Assembly (NCBI GenBank): GCA_041658185.1
Contig: JBBAAR010000001.1
Span: forward strand, 122,400-186,399
Direction of reading: 5' to 3'
DNA from: Elusimicrobiota bacterium
GTDB lineage: Bacteria > Elusimicrobiota > UBA8919
DNA: 64,000 nucleotides
Positions 17,671 to 24,731 of the stretch are shown in pieces. A program made the translations under genes and the position numbers. Position 1 is the stretch's first letter; each line of letters starts with the position of its first letter. Below the pieces are notes generated by a model. The model searched no databases, was not told the origin of the DNA, and saw only the letters and a list, made by a program, of their open reading frames with translations.

Positions 17671-19256
17671 TTTATCTTTCCCGTTAACAAAAATCTTTTT
17701 GTGTAATCGTCAACCGTCTCCAGATTTATGCGGGGATAATCCACATCCTCTGCGACATGAAAATGCCTGTCTTCAAGGGTGTTTCTTCTCATAAAATACT
17801 GGGCTGAAATATCCCAATCAATAATCCAAATCTTAAAACCCGCACCGCCGGAAACAGCCACCGTCTGGGAACCCTTTCTTGAATAATCCGGAAGATACGC
17901 AATCCCGTACCTGAAAATAAAATCCCTTCTTACCTTATGACGGGCGCCGGCCTGCCAGGACAATGTATCTGCCCACCCGAGGTTTGTCCAGACGCCGCCG
18001 GTAGCTTTCACCCGGGCTGCAGACCACTTTGTGTGAATAAAATCAAATGAAAATGTCGGCTCACTGACACCCGGAAATTTGAAGGTCAACCCGTAAGATA
18101 TCGCCGAAGGATATTCGTATTGATATTTGATATTTGTTAAAGTTGCCGCACCTGATATATTGTTTTCCAAGTTTGTTTTTAACTTATCCTCAATCTCTTT
18201 TTCCGGACGATACGAAACGCCTATTTTAGTTCTCGGGGTTACTTCATATGATGCTCCGATAAGATACAGCGAACCGCTTATTGAATGAGTCGTCGTTGTT
18301 GATATGTCCGCGATTATTTGTCCCCTGTTTGAAAGGAGTGTCCCGTAGTCAATCTCCTCAATTTTGCCCTCCGGCTCACCGTATAAATTCCATAATGATA
18401 TGCCTATTGCAAGAGGTTCAACCGGATAATAATTCAACCCTCCGCCGATTGCATAAATCAACCCCCGGGATGTAATTTTATTTGTTTCGGTGCGCTGGGT
18501 TGACGAGTAATTGTTCTCCTCATAAAAATAGTTGAAATCGCTTAGTTCCGTTTCACACACTGCAACCGAAAGTTTGTTTTTTATTACCGGCTGGGAAATC
18601 CCGATACCTGAAAACCGGCCGAAAGAATTCTTGTTCGGCACGGTGGTACCGGCAGAATCATTTCTAACTTTTCTTCCATAAATTGAAAGAAGACCGCCGG
18701 ATAAAACAAACTGTCCGTTGTCAACGGAAATAGTCGCCGGATTTATAAAGACAGATGCCGGCTCATCATTAACAGAAACAGCAGTGCCGCCGGCCGCCGC
18801 AGATGCCGCCGTAAAACCTACCGCATTATCGCCTAACTGTAAAAACGACCCGCGATAGGTGTAGGAGTAAAGAAAGGTTAAAGGTATAAGGTTTAAGGTT
18901 AAAATTAAAATAAGAGCAGAGCGGATTTTTTTGACGGTAGATGTAAAAATACTTATCAGTTCATCTGTTTCTGCAAACAAGTTTTTTACATCTTCTTTTT
19001 GAACTAATCCAGCACCAAGTAATAATCTTAACCAATATCTTGTTTCATTTGCTTCTTTGCGTGAAATGTTTATACTATGAGAAAAATCCTTTCTTGTTAA
19101 TCCGGAATACGCTTCTTCAATATTCGCTCCGACTGATGTACCTGAGCGAAGTATTTGGTCACCCAAAGTTTTGGCTATCTGGTTTTGGGGTAATTTCTGC
19201 ACCAGTTTTATTATTTGTAAAGCGAATTTATAAGTCCGTTCTTTTAAATTCTGCAT
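17664..19256 (-). CDS. in-frame fusion ORF: N-terminal four-helix-bundle protein (23S rRNA IVS protein family) + FadL/PorV-like OM beta-barrel
   Basis: Residues 1-113 (ERTYKFALQII...SGTSVGANIEEAYSG...RKEANETRYWLRLL) match the TIGR02436/PF05635 four-helix-bundle family. The ORF then continues without a stop into a repeat-B-encoded signal peptide (SALILILTLNLIPLTFLYS) and a barrel with NPATI and a C-terminal ...GKIKW. Confidence 0.55.
   Translation of the reverse strand: MQNLKERTYKFALQIIKLVQKLPQNQIAKTLGDQILRSGTSVGANIEEAYSGLTRKDFSHSINISRKEANETRYWLRLLLGAGLVQKEDVKNLFAETDELISIFTSTVKKIRSALILILTLNLIPLTFLYSYTYRGSFLQLGDNAVGFTAASAAAGGTAVSVNDEPASVFINPATISVDNGQFVLSGGLLSIYGRKVRNDSAGTTVPNKNSFGRFSGIGISQPVIKNKLSVAVCETELSDFNYFYEENNYSSTQRTETNKITSRGLIYAIGGGLNYYPVEPLAIGISLWNLYGEPEGKIEEIDYGTLLSNRGQIIADISTTTTHSISGSLYLIGASYEVTPRTKIGVSYRPEKEIEDKLKTNLENNISGAATLTNIKYQYEYPSAISYGLTFKFPGVSEPTFSFDFIHTKWSAARVKATGGVWTNLGWADTLSWQAGARHKVRRDFIFRYGIAYLPDYSRKGSQTVAVSGGAGFKIWIIDWDISAQYFMRRNTLEDRHFHVAEDVDYPRINLETVDDYTKRFLLTGKIKW
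18872..18912. repeat. repeat family B forward arm
   Basis: aaggttaaaggtataaggtttaaggttaaaattaaaataag. Confidence 0.6.
18915..19256 (-). other. four-helix-bundle (IVS-protein family) module nested between the two arms of a family B repeat
   Basis: Occupies exactly the space between the inverted arm (19258-19305) and the forward arm (18872-18912). Confidence 0.6.
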
Positions 19257-19257
19257 A

Positions 19258-19305
19258 TTTTAACCTTTAACCTTTTATTTATACCTTTTATTTATACCTT
19301 TAACC
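19258..19305. repeat. repeat family B inverted arm
   Basis: ttttaacctttaaccttttatttataccttttatttatacctttaacc, followed by a perfect hairpin ccgacgc-taaa-gcgtcgg at 19306-19325. Confidence 0.6.
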
Positions 19306-19324
19306 TCCGACGCTAAAGCGTCGG

Positions 19325-20566
19325 CTACCATTTATATCCTACCGTTGACAAAAGTTTTAACCGGCTTTCAACCACATCGTCAAATCCGGTTAATTGCTGC
19401 GAAATCCTTTCTTGCGTTGATTGCCTCCACGCATATTCTCCCGCCACATCAACAATAGCCCGTCCCACAATAATTCCCAATCCGAATGAAACGGAAGGCA
19501 GCGCTTCCGACGGATTCGGGTAATCCGGCAGATACGAAAAACCGTACCGTAAAGTTGTTTTTTGCGACGGCGAATGTTCTAATCCCAAATGATATTCCCA
19601 TACATTTTTATACAATGGATTTTTTTTGTCTTTCGTTTGTTTTACATTGTTGAGTTTGGTTATCCAGTATCTGGAATCCCCCCAGTTTGAAAAAATCGCA
19701 TCAAAAGTTATTTTTGAATCGTTACTGTCTTTGAAATTATAATTCGCGCCGAAGCCCAGATTATACGGCATTTCAAATATGGAATCGGTGGCGGTAAAAA
19801 CACTGCCGGTACTGTCTTTATCATTTACTTTCAGAGCAAAATTTGAACGATACGCGAGCCCGAAATTAAATTTATCCTCATATATAAAATTACCGCCGAA
19901 AATGAAACTGTCGCCCGTCAGCGTCTGGTAGTCGGATGTCTTCTTAGGCAAAGCACCCGTCTGTAAGTATGTGTAGTCGGTTAGGTTTTCACCTCTTCCC
20001 CAAAGATATGTAAATCCCATAGATACCCAGTCAGCCATCACCCAATTCATACCCAGCGCCCAATTGTGAAACCCGCCCGCTTTTTCAATTATGTCGTTTG
20101 TACCGGCCGAAGTATCCGCTTCCTCAAAATTGTAGTCGGAGTTCAAGTCGGAAAAAAAGCCGAAACCAAAAACAACATCGTTCCTTTTTGACGCAGACCA
20201 TAAAATTGATGCGGAAGGCATTTGAAAATACAGGTTATCCGTTGTTACATAATCGGTGCTCAAATAAGAATGATTCCTTTTGTCAAAAAACAAAACAAGC
20301 CCCGGCGAAACATTTGCAAGACCCTTTTGCCCGGCGTCAAGTTTCATCAGCGAAGGATTGGCGTATAATGATGAGGATTCATTATTAGAGGCAACACCGG
20401 CGCTGCCAAGTGCTAACGAACGGGCCGAAAGTCCGCGTACCGGCTCACCCAGGTTCCAGTAAGAATCAAGGGAAGAATAGCCGGAAAGGAAGGTTAAAGG
20501 TATAAATAAAAGGTATAAATTAAGGCAAATAACTTTAATAATATGATTTTTAATTTTCAATTCCAT
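19325..20566 (-). CDS. FadL/PorV-like outer-membrane beta-barrel protein
   Basis: Signal peptide LNLYLLFIPLTFLSG (from repeat B), GSAGVASNNESSSLYANPS hatch motif, and a C-terminal ...GYKW. Confidence 0.55.
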   Translation of the reverse strand: MELKIKNHIIKVICLNLYLLFIPLTFLSGYSSLDSYWNLGEPVRGLSARSLALGSAGVASNNESSSLYANPSLMKLDAGQKGLANVSPGLVLFFDKRNHSYLSTDYVTTDNLYFQMPSASILWSASKRNDVVFGFGFFSDLNSDYNFEEADTSAGTNDIIEKAGGFHNWALGMNWVMADWVSMGFTYLWGRGENLTDYTYLQTGALPKKTSDYQTLTGDSFIFGGNFIYEDKFNFGLAYRSNFALKVNDKDSTGSVFTATDSIFEMPYNLGFGANYNFKDSNDSKITFDAIFSNWGDSRYWITKLNNVKQTKDKKNPLYKNVWEYHLGLEHSPSQKTTLRYGFSYLPDYPNPSEALPSVSFGLGIIVGRAIVDVAGEYAWRQSTQERISQQLTGFDDVVESRLKLLSTVGYKW

Positions 20567-20600
20567 AATTTTAACCTTAAACCTTATACCTTTAACCTTT
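20489..20600. repeat. repeat family B copy
   Basis: aaggttaaaggtataaataaaaggtataaattaaggc...ttttaaccttaaaccttatacctttaaccttt. Confidence 0.65.
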
Positions 20601-20605
20601 CCCCT

Positions 20606-22681
20606 CTACCATTTATAATCCACCCTTACTTCCCACTTATTGCCGTAGCCCGGGTCAACCGTATTATAATACTCGTCGTTGAAAAACTCATCCGCCGACC
20701 ACTTGTATTTATCTGTGAACCTCATTTTTATCTTAGCGTATCTTGAAAGTTTGTCGGTTACCTGAAGCCAGAACTGACGGGACTCCTTCCCGCTTTTTCT
20801 TAAATCACTATCGGCAAACTTTAACTCGCCTGCAATTTCAAGGTTTCCTGTTATATCATATGTGGTGCGGGTAGTCACTTCATCCTTTGGAAGATATAAA
20901 GTCGGGGTACCGGCATAATCTTCTATGTATTTGTATTTTATAAGCAAATCGCTTACTTTTGAAGGTCTGAATTTCAACTGGAAATTAGTGGTCACCGTCA
21001 TTTTTTCCGAATACTCCACATTTTTGTAGATGTCCTTGTCTTTCCATTTCCTATCGATTTGAATATTCACTCCCCGTGGGAGTTTCCAATTGTATTTCAG
21101 GTAAATCTCCCTGTCAGTAGTGGGCGTTTCATAGATGGTATAATACAGACCGGTGACCGTATCCTTTTGGGTTTTTGCAATGTGGTTGAACTGGTCAACA
21201 TAAAATTTCAGTTTCATCGTCCGTGTTAGTTTTGAGTTAAACTCAATGTAATCGCCTTGCTCGTCGCGGTCACGGAACCTTGTTTTATCGGTATGTTTTG
21301 AATAACCCCGCGCCCACGGGTTGTAAAAATCAATATCGTAATCACGGCGAGAATAAATCATATCAATTTTGCCCATTTTTTTGAATGTTTTTATGTACCA
21401 GGCATTGCCCCAGCCGTGAACCTTTGCCATCTCGCCCGCTATATTAAAACCCTTGTAACCGGTTACGAAATTAGTTCCATAGACGGCAAACGATTGTTCC
21501 GGCGGCCAGCGCCAAATTTGTATGTCCGTATCGGAAAATGTTGCCTCTCTTTTTGAAGTGTAGACCGTGCCGCCGATATAAGTCGCATCAATATTAGGTG
21601 TGGCATCCGCTAATTTATATGTCAAATTACTTCCCACAAGCGTTTCCTCATAGACATCTTCAAGCGTGACATAATGAAGCGCACCGTCATCCATTTTAAC
21701 ATATGTCTTGAACGCATAACCGCCTTTTGAATAAAACTCCGTCAAATCAAACCGGCCCTGCTTCATCCGTGCGCCGAAGCCCTTTAATTGCTGTTGGGTT
21801 GAACCCAGCGTATATTTGTCTTGTAAGACGATATTACCTCCGGACAAACTGTAAATACTTGTCTGCGTCTCTTTTGAATATGTATCGTCGGGATAAAGTC
21901 CCTGGGGCGATGATTTTCCGGACGTATCAAATACAAGCCGCTGTCCGAAGCCCGCCCGGAAATTGCCGAGATACGCCTGCTCTATAACGGGTCCCTTTTC
22001 ATAGCCGATGTATGATTTGTTGAGACGATAACCGTGTTCAAACTCGCCGCCGGTAATGTCCCTTGTGTAATAATAATTGACGTACCTGACGTCGCCTTCT
22101 ATAATTGCCCCGAAATTCATATATCTTCCGAACTTCAATAGCCGCAGGCGGAACAAGTCATATGTCCTCGGATAGTCGGTCGTTGCCATTTCCACTTCCA
22201 AGTTTGATTTGGTCCTGAACACGATATCCCCTTTTGTTTTTATTTTTTCCGGCTGCTCGGCGGCAATAAAAATTTTTATATTTTCGTAAGCCACGTCGTC
22301 TATAATCTCCGGGTTGATTAAATCCTTTATATCTTTGTAATAGCCGTGTTTTAGACGGTAATTTACTATTTTTGAGGCATCCGGAGCGGTTAAACCTGGT
22401 AACGACTGCAGCTGGAAAACATCGGCAGTATTTATGTCAATTTTGTCGTCATAGATAGCTAAAAGATTCTCATATGTTTCATACTCAATATCTCCGTCCT
22501 GATACGCCTGTTCAATATCCGAGTCGCTTTCCCACTGGGAAGTATCGTCGGGATCATCCTCGGCGGAATGGAGAAAGGTTAAAGGTTTAAATAAAAGGTA
22601 TAAATTAAAGGTATAAATTAAAAGAAGGGAAAAAATTTTAAATCTTGGCGCCGTTTTTTTATTGTTATTTTTTTCGTCCAT
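20606..22681 (-). CDS. large OM beta-barrel protein with N-terminal (periplasmic) ComEA-type helix-hairpin-helix DNA-binding domain
   Basis: After the signal peptide, DINTADVFQLQSLPGLTAPDASKIVNYRLKHGYYKDIKDLINPEIIDD is a ComEA HhH repeat (approx. 22276-22440). About 550 beta-rich residues follow, ending ...VRVDYKW. Confidence 0.6.
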   Translation of the reverse strand: MDEKNNNKKTAPRFKIFSLLLIYTFNLYLLFKPLTFLHSAEDDPDDTSQWESDSDIEQAYQDGDIEYETYENLLAIYDDKIDINTADVFQLQSLPGLTAPDASKIVNYRLKHGYYKDIKDLINPEIIDDVAYENIKIFIAAEQPEKIKTKGDIVFRTKSNLEVEMATTDYPRTYDLFRLRLLKFGRYMNFGAIIEGDVRYVNYYYTRDITGGEFEHGYRLNKSYIGYEKGPVIEQAYLGNFRAGFGQRLVFDTSGKSSPQGLYPDDTYSKETQTSIYSLSGGNIVLQDKYTLGSTQQQLKGFGARMKQGRFDLTEFYSKGGYAFKTYVKMDDGALHYVTLEDVYEETLVGSNLTYKLADATPNIDATYIGGTVYTSKREATFSDTDIQIWRWPPEQSFAVYGTNFVTGYKGFNIAGEMAKVHGWGNAWYIKTFKKMGKIDMIYSRRDYDIDFYNPWARGYSKHTDKTRFRDRDEQGDYIEFNSKLTRTMKLKFYVDQFNHIAKTQKDTVTGLYYTIYETPTTDREIYLKYNWKLPRGVNIQIDRKWKDKDIYKNVEYSEKMTVTTNFQLKFRPSKVSDLLIKYKYIEDYAGTPTLYLPKDEVTTRTTYDITGNLEIAGELKFADSDLRKSGKESRQFWLQVTDKLSRYAKIKMRFTDKYKWSADEFFNDEYYNTVDPGYGNKWEVRVDYKW

Positions 22682-22715
22682 ATTTTAACCTTTAATTTAT
22701 ACCTTTAACCTTATT
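22574..22715. repeat. repeat family B copy
   Basis: aaaggttaaaggtttaaataaaaggtataaattaaaggtataaatt...tattttaacctttaatttatacctttaacctt. Confidence 0.65.
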
Positions 22716-24330
22716 TTATCTCTATATTATCCTTTACTTCATCAATTATATCCGCAGATATGCCCGGAACTTTTTTCAAATCATCTACCGCCGGCATCGG
22801 GCCGTTTTTCTTAATATATCTTAAGATATTTTGTGATTGCACAGTCGTAAATCCCAAATCCCGCAGTTGAGACATATCCGCTTTGTTGATGTTTATCTTC
22901 CCTGACGGAATCGATTCCTCCGGCGCCGGTGCCGGTTCAACTTTCGGTTTCGTTGCCGGAGTAGGTAGAACTTTAGGAGCAGGGGGGACAACCTTTGGCA
23001 CAACCGGGGGCGGTGTCACTTCCGACTTCCCGCCCGCCGCAGGTGCTTCCGGCTCTTCCGCATCCGGCTGGGGCTCTTCATTTTCATCTGAAACGGTCGG
23101 TTTAGCAGGAACTGGTTTTTCACTTTCTTCCACTTTTTCTTCACTTTTTTTCACCGGTTCTTCCTTCTGCCTCTCCTCCACCGTTATCAGTCCTTCAATT
23201 TTTGAATAAACCCTTCTTGACATCCTCGGAACATTTAATATATCCTCAATTGAGTTGAATTGCCCTTTTTCACCGCGGTAATCAACAACCCGTTTTGCCA
23301 TCACTTTGCCCATACCCGGAAGTTCCGCTATCTCATCCGAGGATGCAGTATTTATATTGACTTTTCCGGCAGGACGAACCGCTTCCTCCGTCACCTGTCC
23401 CTCGGCCTTCCGCCCGTCTACCCTCTTCCTGGTTGTCCTTGCCGCCTTTTTCGTCTTCGGAGCATATTTAATGGTCGCCTCTTGCTCGCCGCCCCATTTC
23501 ATAGAAAGTGAAACTACATGCATTGCATCAAGCGTGGCGTGGGAAGAATAGCCGTAATCAAAATAAACCGTTTTATAATTTGTTCCGAAACCAAGAGCAT
23601 ATTTTGAAGGATTTGTCTGAAGACCCGTGCGAAACACGAAAAAATCGGTGAGACGGAATTCCGTTCCGATGTGGACGGCGACCGGTTCGTCTATTATTTT
23701 CTCAAAATCCATCGCAAAATTCAATCCCGGAAGAGGTCTGTAAAAAATCCCGGTTAAAAATTCTTCCGTCAGATTTTCATTCCCTTTTGATATCTCCGGC
23801 TCGTTTATGTTTTTGGCGGAAACACCGAGGGCAAAGTCCCCTGAAACCCTTGCCAGAACGCCCAAATCCAGCCCGAATGCGGAATCACTGCCATATTCCT
23901 TGATTTTTATACCCATTGATTTCAAGTTATATCCGAACATTATTCCTTCCGCCAGCCCGAAGCCGTGAGAAAAAATTAAAACGCTTTCTTTGTATTCGGA
24001 GGGACCGAAATCTGAATATAAAAAACCGATGTCGCCGTAGCCCTGAACGGGAAATGCGAATTTTACATTGGTATAACCCAGCCCTTCAACGCCATAAATA
24101 TTCGTATATGTTGAGGCGAACTGGAACGCGGGTATCAGACGCAATCCCGCCGGGTTATAGTCAATAGCGTTGGTGTCGTTGGAAAAACCTACGAAAGCCC
24201 CGCCCATCCCGATAGGTCTTGCCGAGGCGGGTTTTTGCTCAAAAGCAGGGTAGAGCGGAGAGCATAGAGCATAGAGCATAGTAAAAAAGAGCATAGAGCA
24301 TAGAGCGTAGAAAGATTTTTTTGAAAACAT
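22711..24330 (-). CDS. FadL/PorV-like OM beta-barrel fused to two C-terminal ComEA-type HhH domains separated by a Pro/Lys-rich spacer
   Basis: N-terminal PASARPIGMGGAFVGFSNDTNAIDYNPAGL barrel motif. HhH-1 is VNINTASSDEIAELPGMGKVMAKRVVDYRGEKGQFNSIEDILNVP (approx. 23178-23358). A PVK/E-rich linker of about 90 aa follows (approx. 22905-23177). HhH-2 is ININKADMSQLRDLGFTT...LKKVPGISADIIDEV (approx. 22714-22903). Confidence 0.7.
   Translation of the reverse strand: MFSKKSFYALCSMLFFTMLYALCSPLYPAFEQKPASARPIGMGGAFVGFSNDTNAIDYNPAGLRLIPAFQFASTYTNIYGVEGLGYTNVKFAFPVQGYGDIGFLYSDFGPSEYKESVLIFSHGFGLAEGIMFGYNLKSMGIKIKEYGSDSAFGLDLGVLARVSGDFALGVSAKNINEPEISKGNENLTEEFLTGIFYRPLPGLNFAMDFEKIIDEPVAVHIGTEFRLTDFFVFRTGLQTNPSKYALGFGTNYKTVYFDYGYSSHATLDAMHVVSLSMKWGGEQEATIKYAPKTKKAARTTRKRVDGRKAEGQVTEEAVRPAGKVNINTASSDEIAELPGMGKVMAKRVVDYRGEKGQFNSIEDILNVPRMSRRVYSKIEGLITVEERQKEEPVKKSEEKVEESEKPVPAKPTVSDENEEPQPDAEEPEAPAAGGKSEVTPPPVVPKVVPPAPKVLPTPATKPKVEPAPAPEESIPSGKININKADMSQLRDLGFTTVQSQNILRYIKKNGPMPAVDDLKKVPGISADIIDEVKDNIEIK
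24251..24312. repeat. repeat family C forward arm
   Basis: agagcggagagcatagagcatagagcatag...agagcatagagcatagagcgtag; encodes the YALCSMLFFTMLYALCS signal peptide. Confidence 0.65.
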
Positions 24331-24331
24331 T

Positions 24332-24700
24332 TTAATTCTCCTTCAACTTTTTCGTCATTGAATTTATCAGTCCGTTTAACATCTTGGAAATTTCTTCAAG
24401 TTCTTCATATAATTTTCTAAATTCTTGGTGTTCTAAATACTTTTGACCTAATGCTACTTCAAGCAACGGAACACATTCATATGCAGAACCTTTCGCTATT
24501 CTCAAAAACTGGATATATTCTTTTCTGGAATATCTACCATTACCCTCAGCAATATTTGCGGCAATAGAAACAGATGCTCTCCGAAGTTGGTCGGTTAATC
24601 CGAAACATTCTTTTTTAGGAAAATTTGCAGACACTTTATAAATCTCATTTGCAAAGCTCATAGATTTTTTATATACCGTCAAATTTTCAAAATCAAACAT
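24332..24700 (-). CDS. four-helix-bundle protein, 23S rRNA intervening-sequence protein family (TIGR02436-like)
   Basis: FGLTDQLRRASVSIAANIAEGNGRYSRKEYIQFLRIAKGSAYE matches the family signature. Start preferred at the ATG at 24700 (MFDFENL). The stop codon lies 1 nt from the start codon of the following barrel gene. The gene is nested between family C repeat arms. Confidence 0.7.
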   Translation of the reverse strand: MFDFENLTVYKKSMSFANEIYKVSANFPKKECFGLTDQLRRASVSIAANIAEGNGRYSRKEYIQFLRIAKGSAYECVPLLEVALGQKYLEHQEFRKLYEELEEISKMLNGLINSMTKKLKEN

Positions 24701-24702
24701 AT

Positions 24703-24730
24703 CTACGCTCTGTCCTCTACGCTCTCTGCC
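24703..24730. repeat. repeat family C inverted arm
   Basis: ctacgctctgtcctctacgctctctgcc. Confidence 0.55.
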
Positions 24731-24731
24731 C

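Noticed and set aside
18915-24700. The four-helix-bundle genes as markers of a nearby 23S rRNA intervening sequence
   Set aside because: No rRNA sequence is present anywhere in the window. The family also occurs as free-standing genes. Kept only as an analogy (hairpin-embedded cargo).
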